Source: Hymenobacter metallilatus (GTDB taxonomy: Bacteria; Bacteroidota; Bacteroidia; Cytophagales; Hymenobacteraceae). Taken from it: a stretch of DNA of 32,000 nucleotides. Every line of letters begins with the position of its first letter. The stretch's first letter is position 1. The notes below the pieces were generated by a model, which had not been told where the DNA came from, made no database searches, and saw nothing but the letters and a program-made list of their open reading frames with translations. Location of the stretch: NCBI RefSeq assembly GCF_003944705.1, contig NZ_RWIS01000002.1, positions 462,243 to 494,242 on the forward strand. The letters are read 5' to 3'. This document shows, piece by piece, positions 15,837-24,464 of this stretch. Made by a program: the position numbers and the translations under genes.

Positions 15837-16142
15837 ATGAAAAAGCTACTTGCCATTGCCGCCTTGCTCGTAACTGGTGTTTCGGCCGCCAACGCCCAAA
15901 CGACCAATACGTCAACCACGACTACCACCACCCAGCCTACCCAAACAACGACGACGACACCGGCCACGGTGCCAATGCAGGGCCAGGGCACCATCAACCA
16001 GACTACGACTACACCGGCCACCACAACCACGGTAGAAACCCAGTCGACAACTACGGATACGTACAAGCCCGCCACTACAACGGGGGCTGACGTGAAGGCC
16101 AAAGACAAAAAGAGAAAATCGAAAATGAAGGCTGATAACTAA
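15837..16142 (+). CDS. small secreted Thr-rich low-complexity protein with a Lys-rich tail
   Basis: 101 aa. Signal peptide MKKLLAIAALLVTGVSAANAQ, then T/P/Q repeats, ending KAKDKKRKSKMKADN. A terminator follows the gene. Confidence 0.6.
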   Translation: MKKLLAIAALLVTGVSAANAQTTNTSTTTTTTQPTQTTTTTPATVPMQGQGTINQTTTTPATTTTVETQSTTTDTYKPATTTGADVKAKDKKRKSKMKADN

Positions 16143-16165
16143 GTCAACCTGCTTTTTTGAGTATT

Positions 16166-16201
16166 AAAAGCTCCCGGCACTGCATGTCGGGAGCTTTTTT
16201 T
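16166..16201 (+). terminator. rho-independent terminator between convergent genes
   Basis: Stem agctcccg (16169-16176) pairs with cgggagct (16188-16195), followed by a run of 7 T. A short A-run on the left could serve dinB weakly. Confidence 0.75.
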
Positions 16202-16223
16202 GTCTCGCGCTTAAAGGAGTTGT

Positions 16224-17336
16224 TTACAGGAATAAGGCCAGTTGACGGCCTATCATATCGTCGGGAGTTTCAAGAGAGGATAGGGACACGCCAAGCAGGC
16301 GCACCCCTTTTGTGAGTGGCAGCAGGCCCAGCAGCAACTCGTGGGCTACCTGGGCCAAAGCGTCCGGCCCTGGTAATAGCCCTACCAGCGTCCGGCTGCG
16401 GGTAATTTGCTGGAAGTCGGCGTATTTTACCTTGAGCGTGACGGTACGGCCCCGCAGGCCGGTCCGCTGGCAGTGCGCCCAAACTGCTGCGAGGCAGGGC
16501 TGCAGGCCGGCACGTACATCCTCGGGGGTTTGTAAATCCTGCTCAAAAGTTGTTTCGGAACCAATGGATTTGCGCAGCCTGTCTGGTACTACCGGGCGGT
16601 TATCCTGGGCCCGGGCAATATGATAGTAGTGAGAACCCGCCTTGCCAAAATGCTGACGCAAGAAGGTTTCGGACTGCTGCCGCAAGTCGAGACCAGTGAA
16701 AATACCGAGGCTATTGAGGCGGGCTGCCGTGGCCGGCCCGATGCCGTGAAACTGCCCCACCGCCAGCTCCGCCACAAACTCCAGCCCCTGGCTGGGTTTG
16801 ATAACGAACTGCCCGTTCGGCTTGCGGTAATCGGAAGCCAGCTTTGCCAGAAACTTGTTGTAGCTGATGCCGGCTGAGGCCGTAAGCTGAGTTTTCTGCC
16901 AGATTTCTGCCCGAATCAGCTCGGCAATGCGGGTAGCCGAGGCAATATTCTTCAGGTTGGTGGTTACATCCAGGTAGGCCTCGTCCAACGACAACGGCTC
17001 GATGAGCGGGGTGTATTCGGCGAAAATGCCCCGAATCTGCCGCGACACTTCCTTGTACACCTCAAAGCGCGGCTTCACGAACACCAGGGCAGGGCATTTG
17101 CGTAAGGCAGTGCTGGAAGGCATGGCCGAACGGACCCCAAACTGCCGGGCTTCGTAGGAGGCGGCGGCCACCACGCCCCGGGCCCGGGAACCGCCTACGG
17201 CCACCGGCTTACCGCGCAGTACCGGATTGTCGCGCTGCTCCACGGAGGCGTAAAACGCATCCATGTCAAGGTGAATGATTTTGCGGGTTTCAGGAAAGTC
17301 CACGGGTAGGGGGGAGGCAGCCCCAAAGTTCGGCAA
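16224..17336 (-). CDS. dinB: DNA polymerase IV (Y-family)
   Basis: Contains IIHLDMDAFYASVEQRDNPVLRGKPVAVGG and SLDEAYLDVT. The start is uncertain: the track start is a TTG and there is no ATG upstream of the conserved core. Confidence 0.9.
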   Translation of the reverse strand: MPNFGAASPLPVDFPETRKIIHLDMDAFYASVEQRDNPVLRGKPVAVGGSRARGVVAAASYEARQFGVRSAMPSSTALRKCPALVFVKPRFEVYKEVSRQIRGIFAEYTPLIEPLSLDEAYLDVTTNLKNIASATRIAELIRAEIWQKTQLTASAGISYNKFLAKLASDYRKPNGQFVIKPSQGLEFVAELAVGQFHGIGPATAARLNSLGIFTGLDLRQQSETFLRQHFGKAGSHYYHIARAQDNRPVVPDRLRKSIGSETTFEQDLQTPEDVRAGLQPCLAAVWAHCQRTGLRGRTVTLKVKYADFQQITRSRTLVGLLPGPDALAQVAHELLLGLLPLTKGVRLLGVSLSSLETPDDMIGRQLALFL

Positions 17337-17399
17337 GCCGGACCGAAAACTGCCGCCTACTGAAACGAATCCAGCCCGGGGAGGCCTGCGCCGTGGTGC

Positions 17400-18320
17400 T
17401 CAATCCTGCACGGGCTCCAGCGGCGCTACCGGCCGGGGCTTGCGGCTCACCAGGAACACGCCCCCAAAAATAAGCAGGGCCTGCAGGGCTTTTGTAAGCG
17501 TAAGCGTGTCTTTGCCCAAAGCCACGGCTATGCCCACTGCCAGCGCCGGCTGCAGGTAAATATAGGCCCCCAGCAGGGCCGGAGAGGCATATTTCAGCGC
17601 CCAGTTATTCAGCAGATAGGCCAGAATAGTCAGACAGATAACCATGTAGGCAATAGCTGCCCAGATGCTGCCTGGAAAGCTACTGTACTCGGGTTGCTGC
17701 ACCTGCTGCCAGCCGGCGGGCACGGCCAGAAAGGCCCCCACCAGAAAAATACGAGCCAGCACCGTGAAAGGGTGGTACTTGCGCATCAGGGGCATCACCA
17801 GCACCAGGTAGATACCGAAAGCCGTAGCATTGAGCAGAATGTACACATTGCCCAGCAGCCCATCCTGGCCCCCGGCCGCTACCGGTCCCCGGCTGAGGAT
17901 AATGCTGGCCGCACCTACGGCTGCCAACCCAATACCTGCCAGGCGGGGCAAAGTGAGCCGCTCACCCAGCAGCACCGCCGACGCCAGTACCGTGACCACC
18001 GGCGCAATAGTCTGGATGAGGGAAGCATTGATGGGGGAAGTCAGGTTCAGGCCCGAGAAAAACAGCAGCTGATTCAGCCCGATACCCAGGATGCCGCAAG
18101 CCACCGCCCGCAGCTGATCGGACCGGCCCCGGATATGGTCCTGGGGAGCAATGAGGCGGCTGAGGACACCAAAAAACACCGCCGCCCCTACAATGCGGAG
18201 CAGCACCAGCCCAAACGGCCCCACGTACCGGGGCATTACATCCTTGGAAATACTGTAGTTGGCAGCATAAATCAGGGCTACAACAAATAGGGCCGCGTGG
18301 ACCTTCAGGGAATTTTTCAT
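17400..18320 (-). CDS. EamA/DMT-family transporter
   Basis: 306 aa with about 10 hydrophobic helices and duplicated EamA-like halves. Confidence 0.8.
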   Translation of the reverse strand: MKNSLKVHAALFVVALIYAANYSISKDVMPRYVGPFGLVLLRIVGAAVFFGVLSRLIAPQDHIRGRSDQLRAVACGILGIGLNQLLFFSGLNLTSPINASLIQTIAPVVTVLASAVLLGERLTLPRLAGIGLAAVGAASIILSRGPVAAGGQDGLLGNVYILLNATAFGIYLVLVMPLMRKYHPFTVLARIFLVGAFLAVPAGWQQVQQPEYSSFPGSIWAAIAYMVICLTILAYLLNNWALKYASPALLGAYIYLQPALAVGIAVALGKDTLTLTKALQALLIFGGVFLVSRKPRPVAPLEPVQD

Positions 18321-18327
18321 AGAGTAA

Positions 18328-18454
18328 GAATGTGGCGTAAGCTTTAGCTTGCGCCGTACACCGGCCGTAAAAGGGGCAGCATCACCGCGCTCTGCCGATT
18401 TTTACGCCCGGTTCTCGTTTATGCACGGCGCAAGCTAAAGCTTACGCCACATTC
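18328..18454. repeat. perfect 30-bp inverted repeat filling the EamA/rarA divergent intergenic region
   Basis: gaatgtggcgtaagctttagcttgcgccgt (18328-18357) and acggcgcaagctaaagcttacgccacattc (18425-18454). Each arm lies 7 nt from a start codon and contains an internal palindrome, gcgtaagct-tt-agcttgcgc. Confidence 0.9.
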
Positions 18455-18461
18455 CCCGCGC

Positions 18462-19796
18462 ATGTCCACTGGTTCCTTATTCGATTCCGACCCCGCCTCC
18501 GTGCCCCGCCCAACTTCGCCCGGGCCCGGTGCTCCGCTGGCGGAGCGTATGCGCCCTCAAACCCTGGAGCAGTACGCTGGGCAGCAGCACCTCATCGGGC
18601 CCAAGGGTGTGCTGCGCCGCTACCTGCAGGCGGGCCGCCTGCCCAGTCTGATTTTGTGGGGGCCGCCCGGCGTGGGCAAAACTACCTTAGCTAACCTGCT
18701 GGCCCAGGCGCTGGGTAAGCCCTTCGCCTCCCTTAGCGCCGTGAATGCCGGCGTAAAGGATGTGCGCGAGGTAATTGAGCGGGCCCGCAAGCAGCGCGGC
18801 ACGGTGCTGTTCATTGATGAGATTCACCGCTTCAGCAAAAGCCAGCAGGATGCCTTGCTGGGGGCGGTGGAGCAGGGCGTGGTTACCCTGATTGGGGCTA
18901 CCACCGAAAATCCTTCTTTTGAGGTAATTCCGGCCGTGCTGAGCCGGGCGCAGGTGTACGTGCTGGAGTCGCTGAGCAAGGATATTCTCACTGGCATCGT
19001 GGACAATGCCCTGGCCCACGACGAACTTCTGCGGCAGAAAAACGTGCGGGTGCAGGAGTACGGGGCCCTGCTCACCATTTCGGGCGGCGACGCCCGCAAG
19101 CTGCTCAACCTACTCGAAATTGTGGTGGAAGCCAGCCACCCCGACCCCCAAACTGGCGCAATCATCATCACCGACGAAGGCGTGCAGCAGCTGGCCCAGC
19201 AGCACCTGGCGCGCTACGACAAGGGCGGCGAAATGCACTACGACGTCATTTCAGCCTTCATCAAAAGCATCCGCGGCTCCGACCCCAACGCGGCCCTCTA
19301 CTATCTGGCCGTGATGCTGGAAGGTGGCGAGGATGTGAAATTTATTGCCCGCCGCCTGCTCATTCTGGCCAGTGAGGATGTGGGCCTGGCCAACCCCAAT
19401 GCCCTAATGCTGGCCCAGAGCTGTTTTCAGGCCGTTACGGTGATTGGCCTGCCCGAGTCGGATATTATTCTGGGCCAAACGGTGGTGTATCTGGCAACTT
19501 CACCCAAGAGCAACGCCAGCTATAAGGCCATACGGGAGGCGCGGGCCCTGGTGCGCCAGCAAGGTGTGCAGCCCGTGCCCATTCCGCTGCGCAATGCCCC
19601 CACCAAGCTCATGGCCGAACTCGGCTACGGCCAGCAGTACCAGTACTCCCACGACTACCCCGGCAACTTTGCCTACCAGGAGTTTCTGCCCGAAGCGCTC
19701 AGCGGCACCGTGTTTTACCACCCCGGCCAGAACCCGGCCGAAGCCAAAGCTCAGGAGCGCCTGCGCCAGCTCTGGGGCGAGAAATACGGGTATTGA
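18462..19796 (+). CDS. rarA: replication-associated recombination protein A (MgsA/RarA AAA+ ATPase)
   Basis: 444 aa, with LILWGPPGVGKTTLA, LFIDEIHRF and ATTENPSFEV. Confidence 0.95.
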   Translation: MSTGSLFDSDPASVPRPTSPGPGAPLAERMRPQTLEQYAGQQHLIGPKGVLRRYLQAGRLPSLILWGPPGVGKTTLANLLAQALGKPFASLSAVNAGVKDVREVIERARKQRGTVLFIDEIHRFSKSQQDALLGAVEQGVVTLIGATTENPSFEVIPAVLSRAQVYVLESLSKDILTGIVDNALAHDELLRQKNVRVQEYGALLTISGGDARKLLNLLEIVVEASHPDPQTGAIIITDEGVQQLAQQHLARYDKGGEMHYDVISAFIKSIRGSDPNAALYYLAVMLEGGEDVKFIARRLLILASEDVGLANPNALMLAQSCFQAVTVIGLPESDIILGQTVVYLATSPKSNASYKAIREARALVRQQGVQPVPIPLRNAPTKLMAELGYGQQYQYSHDYPGNFAYQEFLPEALSGTVFYHPGQNPAEAKAQERLRQLWGEKYGY

Positions 19797-19800
19797 TGGT

Positions 19801-20042
19801 AGGGTATGAGGGTGTGGGGGTGTGGGGGTGTGGGGGTAGGAGTTATTAGCCCGTCATTCCGAGCTTGCCGAGGAATCTCGCGTGCTGACGTTGCACTGGT
19901 GACTGTTACGCAGAATGCAGCGGAGCGGAGTGATGCATCTCGCGTGCAGTGCTGATCCACCTCATTGCAACATTAGCCCGTCATTCCTCGGCAAGCTCGG
20001 AATGACGGGCTAATAACTCCTACCCCCGCACCCTCATACCCT
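19801..20042. repeat. composite V2 nested-palindrome element with octamer expansion
   Basis: The left arm, 19801-19876, includes aggagttattagcccgtcattccgagcttgccgaggaat. The right arm, 19983-20042, is its reverse complement and extends to acccccgcaccctcataccct. The left arm has extra gtgtgggg units at 19810-19836. Confidence 0.9.
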
Positions 20043-20112
20043 AAACTCCCGCCTGTTCCACCCCCAAACCGGGCTGTTGGTTGAATACCCAGTTGGAGGC
20101 GCGAAAAGCGGC

Positions 20113-20120
20113 TACTTTTG
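20113..20120 (+). promoter_or_regulatory. candidate Bacteroidetes -7 promoter box (tacttttg = TAnnTTTG) for sppA
   Basis: Motif match 27 nt upstream of the sppA ATG. This is motif evidence only. Confidence 0.35.
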
Positions 20121-20146
20121 CTTCAGATACTTAATCTGCTACTTCC

Positions 20147-21904
20147 ATGAGACAATTTTTCAAGTACGTACTGGCCACCCTCACCGGCCTCGTACTGTTT
20201 GCCGGGGTTGGCCTGCTGCTACTGGTCGTTATTATTGCCGCCGCGGCTTCCTCCGATAAAGAAGTAACCGTAGCCAGCAACTCCGTGCTGGAGCTAAAGC
20301 TGGATAAGCCCATTGGGGAGCGTGAGTTTGACAACCCATTTTCAGGCTTTACGGGTGGGCAGAGCAGCACCATCGGGCTGGATGAGTTGAAGGCGGCCAT
20401 CCGCCGGGCCAAGCAGGACGACGATATCAAGGGCATCTTCCTGAATCTGGAGCTGGTGCAAGGTGGCATGGCTTCCATGGAGGAAATCCGCCAGGAGCTG
20501 CTGGCTTTTAAAAAGGCCGGCAAGTTTATCGTAAGCTACACCGATGCTCAGTCGGAGAAGAGCTACTACCTAGCCTCCGTGGCCGATAAGCTCTACCTGA
20601 ATCCTCAGGGCACCCTGGAATTCAACGGCCTCTCCTCGGAGACGATGTACTACAAAAATCTGTTCGACAAGCTAGGCGTACAGGCGCAGATTTTCCGGGT
20701 AGGCTCGTTTAAAAGCGCCGTGGAGCCGTTCTTTCGCACCAATATGTCGGACTCGGCCCGGCTGCAGACGTCTTCTTTCCTGAACTCGCTCAACAGCTCC
20801 ATGCTGGCCGAAGTGGCCGCCGCCCGTAAGATTGCCCCGGCTCGCCTCCAGGTGATTTCTGACTCCATGCTGGTGCACAACGCCGATGACGCCAAACGGC
20901 TCGGGCTGGTAACCGACCTGGGCTACTACGACCAGGCCACCGACTACATCAAGGGCAAGCTGGGCGTGGAGAAGGACGGGAAACTTAGCCTGATTGAGCT
21001 GTCGGATTACAAGAAATCGGCGGATGAGGAGGGCAGCACCAGCGGCAACCGCATTGCCGTGGTGTACGCGGAAGGCGACATCGTAACGGGAAAAGGCGCC
21101 AACGAAAGCATCGGTAGCACCCGCTTCGCCGAGGCTATCCGCAAGGCCCGCCTCGATAAGAACGTGAAGGCCGTGGTCCTGCGCGTGAACTCGCCCGGTG
21201 GCTCTTCGCTGGCTTCCGACATTATCTACCGTGAAGTGATGCTGACCAAGAAGGTGAAACCCATCATTGCCAGCATGTCGGACGTGGCGGCTTCGGGCGG
21301 TTACTTCATTGCCATGGGCTGCGACACCATTGTGGCCCACCCAACTACCATTACCGGCAGCATTGGGGTGTTTGGGGTACTGCCCAACATTGAGCCTTTC
21401 CTGCGCGACAAAATTGGCATCACCACCGACCGGGTAACCACCGGCAAGTTCTCCGATTTCCCTACCATCACCCGCGCCCTCACGCCGTTTGAGCAGCAGC
21501 AGTTCCAGAGCGAAATCAACCGCATCTACGCCGACTTCACCACCAAAGCCGCTCAGGGCCGCAATATGCCGGTGGAGCGTCTGCGTCGCCTGGCCTCGGG
21601 GCGGGTATGGTCGGGCACCGAAGCCAAAGCCCGCGGCCTGGTGGATGTGCTGGGCTCCATGGACGATGCCCTGCGCATTGCCGCCCGCCGCGCCAAGCTG
21701 AAGGAAGGTGACTACCGCATTCAGAAGCTGCCCCGGCAGAAGTCGTTTGCCGAAAACCTGTTCAGCTCCTTCTCCGAGGAAGCTCGCCTGCGCATGGTGC
21801 GCGAGGAAATGGGCCCGATGTACCCGATGTACCAGCAGTACAAAAAGCTCTCCGAAATGAAAGGCGCCCAGATGCGGATGCCGTTCGAGGTGAACGTACA
21901 GTAA
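20147..21904 (+). CDS. sppA: signal peptide peptidase SppA, 67K type
   Basis: 585 aa with an N-terminal TM helix and two ClpP/crotonase-like halves (SPGGSSLASD, ASGGYFIAMGCD). Confidence 0.9.
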   Translation: MRQFFKYVLATLTGLVLFAGVGLLLLVVIIAAAASSDKEVTVASNSVLELKLDKPIGEREFDNPFSGFTGGQSSTIGLDELKAAIRRAKQDDDIKGIFLNLELVQGGMASMEEIRQELLAFKKAGKFIVSYTDAQSEKSYYLASVADKLYLNPQGTLEFNGLSSETMYYKNLFDKLGVQAQIFRVGSFKSAVEPFFRTNMSDSARLQTSSFLNSLNSSMLAEVAAARKIAPARLQVISDSMLVHNADDAKRLGLVTDLGYYDQATDYIKGKLGVEKDGKLSLIELSDYKKSADEEGSTSGNRIAVVYAEGDIVTGKGANESIGSTRFAEAIRKARLDKNVKAVVLRVNSPGGSSLASDIIYREVMLTKKVKPIIASMSDVAASGGYFIAMGCDTIVAHPTTITGSIGVFGVLPNIEPFLRDKIGITTDRVTTGKFSDFPTITRALTPFEQQQFQSEINRIYADFTTKAAQGRNMPVERLRRLASGRVWSGTEAKARGLVDVLGSMDDALRIAARRAKLKEGDYRIQKLPRQKSFAENLFSSFSEEARLRMVREEMGPMYPMYQQYKKLSEMKGAQMRMPFEVNVQ

Positions 21905-21996
21905 GTGTTTGGTTGTCAGTAGCTGGTTATCAGTAATCAGATACAATAGTTGCTGCCTGCTACGTAGCAGCAAACAATTTTGTAGAACACCTCTTG

Positions 21997-22038
21997 GTCT
22001 GTCATCCGGAGCACTGCTCCGGATGACAGACTTTTTTT
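21997..22038 (+). terminator. strong rho-independent terminator after sppA
   Basis: gtctgtcatccggagc-act-gctccggatgacagac followed by 7 T. Confidence 0.85.
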
Positions 22039-22091
22039 CAACCTTGCGGTTACAGCCCTGACCACCGTCAACCAGCAATTATCAACCAACC

Positions 22092-22910
22092 ATGCAACAC
22101 CTCCGCGAAGCCGCCGACTACCTCCAGCACCGCCTCAACAACTTTCAGCCCGAAGCCGGTGTTATTCTGGGAACCGGCCTGGGGGCTCTGGCCAAGGAGG
22201 TAGAAGTGCAGCACCGCTTTTCCTACGCCGATATTCCGCATTTTCCGGTGTCCACGGTGGAAAGTCACGCCGGCGAGCTGCTGGCGGGGACCTTAGCCGG
22301 TAAGCGGGTGCTGGTGATGCGCGGCCGGTTTCACTACTACGAGGGCTACACCATGGAGCAGGTGGTGTTTCCGGTGCGCGTAATGAAGCTGCTGGGCATT
22401 CGTAACCTGTTCGTGAGCAATGCCAGCGGCGGCCTCAACCCCGATTACGATTACTCCGACCTGATGCTGCTAGAAGACCACATCAACCTGCAGCCCGGCA
22501 ACCCGCTCATTGGCCCCAACCTGGACGAGCTGGGTTTGCGCTTCCCCGATATGATGGAGCCTTACAGCCTGGGCCTGCTACAGCTGGCCGAGGAAGCTGC
22601 CCGGGAGCTGGAGCTCACGCAGTATCTGCGCCGGGGCGTGTATGCCAGCCTGCCCGGCCCCATGCTGGAAACGCCCGCCGAGTACCGCTACCTGCGTACC
22701 ATTGGGGCCGATGCCGTGGGCATGAGCACCGTACCCGAGGTAATTGCCGCCGTGCATATGGGGTTACCGGTGCTGGCCGTATCCGTCATCACGGACCTGT
22801 GTGCGCCTGGCAAGCTCAAAAAAGTAAACATTGCCGACATCCTGCGCACGGCTGCCGTAGCCGAGCCCCGTCTCACGGCGTTGCTGCGCCGGGTACTGGA
22901 AAAGCTATAA
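22092..22910 (+). CDS. purine nucleoside phosphorylase (PNP family, trimeric type)
   Basis: 272 aa, with GRFHYYEGY, SNASGGLNP and VGMSTVPEVI. Confidence 0.9.
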   Translation: MQHLREAADYLQHRLNNFQPEAGVILGTGLGALAKEVEVQHRFSYADIPHFPVSTVESHAGELLAGTLAGKRVLVMRGRFHYYEGYTMEQVVFPVRVMKLLGIRNLFVSNASGGLNPDYDYSDLMLLEDHINLQPGNPLIGPNLDELGLRFPDMMEPYSLGLLQLAEEAARELELTQYLRRGVYASLPGPMLETPAEYRYLRTIGADAVGMSTVPEVIAAVHMGLPVLAVSVITDLCAPGKLKKVNIADILRTAAVAEPRLTALLRRVLEKL

Positions 22911-22932
22911 GTACAGTAACCTGTCAGAGTGC

Positions 22933-22968
22933 AAAAAGGCCCGCTACCAGTTGGTAGCGGGCCTTTTT
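22933..22968. terminator. bidirectional rho-independent terminator between convergent genes
   Basis: aaaaa-ggcccgctacc-agtt-ggtagcgggcc-ttttt. Confidence 0.85.
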
Positions 22969-22982
22969 ACGGAAGTTGTGGC

Positions 22983-23447
22983 CTATTTGCGTGCCGGCCC
23001 GAAACTGTACATTTCCGGCTGGTTGTGTTTGGCGGGGTGCCCGTACACGAGCTTGGCGGTGGTTACACTCTCTACGGTATATTCCTGGGCGGTGCCTTTA
23101 TGGTCGGTGAGGTGCAGGGTGCGGTTGTCGGTGCCCATCAGCATCCAGGTGCCGCGGTAGGTAGTACCATCGGCCAGCAGGGTCTGCACATAAGTGCCGT
23201 CGGGTTTAAACTGCATACTGTACCGGTCCTTGATGGCCTCGGCGCTGGTGAGTTGCCCGCCGCTGCTTACCTCGTTCAGCCACCAGACGGTAACGCTGGT
23301 AAAAGCAGCCGTGGTAACTGGCTCCCGGGGAGGCGGGGTGCAGCCGCAGGTAGATTTTTCGCAGCTGGTTGTGCCTGCCGCACCCAGGGCCAGCAAGGCG
23401 CTGCAAGCCAGCAGGCGGGCAAAGCGAAGAGTAGCAGGTATAGGCAT
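22983..23447 (-). CDS. lipocalin-like-domain lipoprotein, paralog 1
   Basis: 154 aa with a signal peptide, SCEKSTCGC, then W.LNEV...IKDRYSMQFKPDGTYVQTLLADGTTYRGTW. Closely similar to the next ORF. Confidence 0.7.
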   Translation of the reverse strand: MPIPATLRFARLLACSALLALGAAGTTSCEKSTCGCTPPPREPVTTAAFTSVTVWWLNEVSSGGQLTSAEAIKDRYSMQFKPDGTYVQTLLADGTTYRGTWMLMGTDNRTLHLTDHKGTAQEYTVESVTTAKLVYGHPAKHNQPEMYSFGPARK

Positions 23448-23456
23448 GGGAGGTTG

Positions 23457-23894
23457 CTATAATACGCTGGTGAAGCGCCGCTCCTCCGTCTCGCCACTTT
23501 TGTTCACCCAGGCATAGCGGAGCTCCTGGTTCGAAACGCGCCCTACGGTGTAGTCCTGGGCGGCGCCTTTGTGGTCAACCAGGTTCAGCAGCATGTTGCT
23601 TTCCTCCAGCTTCCAGGTGCCATTGTAGGTGGTGCCGTCGGCCAGCAGGGTTTGCACATAGGTGCCATCGGCCCTGAGCTGGATGGTATACCGGTCTTTA
23701 ATGGTGCTGCCGCTGCCGGCCAGCTGGTTATTGAGGTATACCTCATCAAGCCGCCACTTCTGGGCCATTTGAGCCATTACTACCGATGGTACCGGTACCG
23801 GGTCGCAGCCGCAGGATGTATTGTCGCAGCTGCCCACCATGAAGAAGGTGGAGAAAAATACGGCAAAAAGAATAAGCGGGCGTTTTATACGCAT
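23457..23894 (-). CDS. lipocalin-like-domain lipoprotein, paralog 2
   Basis: 145 aa with a signal peptide, GSCDNTSCGC, then W.LDEV...IKDRYTIQLRADGTYVQTLLADGTTYNGTW. Confidence 0.7.
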   Translation of the reverse strand: MRIKRPLILFAVFFSTFFMVGSCDNTSCGCDPVPVPSVVMAQMAQKWRLDEVYLNNQLAGSGSTIKDRYTIQLRADGTYVQTLLADGTTYNGTWKLEESNMLLNLVDHKGAAQDYTVGRVSNQELRYAWVNKSGETEERRFTSVL

Positions 23895-23960
23895 GATTGG
23901 GTGGTAAGGAAGATAAGAAAGAAGTGACGGGTAAATGTATGCCGGAAAGCCGCGCAGCTT

Positions 23961-24404
23961 TCAGAGAATTTTGCGAAAAACCAGGTGACGACAGTCGGTA
24001 GAACTATGAGTGTCGAGGTAGAGCGAATCGCCGACGACAGTCGAGGAGCCGGTACCGGTGGCGTTGCGAATGATGAACTCCTCCCGGCTGCCGGCCGCGT
24101 CGGTCAGAAGCACGTATGGAAAGCCGTTCAGCCGCCACGTTCCCTGCGCCAGCACCGCGCCGCGCCCGTTGTGCAGGCGCTGAAAGGTATGGTCGGGCCG
24201 CAGTACGAGTTGGCTGTACCGTCCGGCGCTGTCGGTGGGGCACGCCTCCGGGCAGAAGCAAGTAGCGCGGGCCTGCCGCCAGGTATAACTCAAGGAAGCC
24301 TCCTCAAAAGCGGGAGCCGGTGCCACCTCAGGGCGGCAGCATAAGGCGGCCATCAGCGGCAGCGTAAGCAAACCGGTAGCAGCTAAGAAGGAGGCACGGC
24401 GCAT
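23961..24404 (-). CDS. divergent lipoprotein, possibly a third lipocalin-like paralog
   Basis: ATG at 24404 (MRRASFLAATGLLTLPLMAALCC...). Contains ...RPDHTFQ...GTWRLNG..., which resembles the paralog pattern only loosely. Confidence 0.5.
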   Translation of the reverse strand: MRRASFLAATGLLTLPLMAALCCRPEVAPAPAFEEASLSYTWRQARATCFCPEACPTDSAGRYSQLVLRPDHTFQRLHNGRGAVLAQGTWRLNGFPYVLLTDAAGSREEFIIRNATGTGSSTVVGDSLYLDTHSSTDCRHLVFRKIL

Positions 24405-24464
24405 AAGCAGTATATGGTAGTTTCCTCTGCAGGAGCCCATCCGGGCCCCGAGGGTTGCACGCCG

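Noticed and set aside
15734-16108. 124-aa Val-rich minus-strand ORF
   Set aside because: It is the antisense reading of the Thr-codon (ACN) repeats of the Thr-rich gene. The plus-strand ORF has a signal peptide and a terminator.
19751-19960. 69-aa minus-strand ORF spanning the V2 element
   Set aside because: It is made up almost entirely of repeat sequence (the octamer tract reads PTPTPPHPH). It is a translation artefact.
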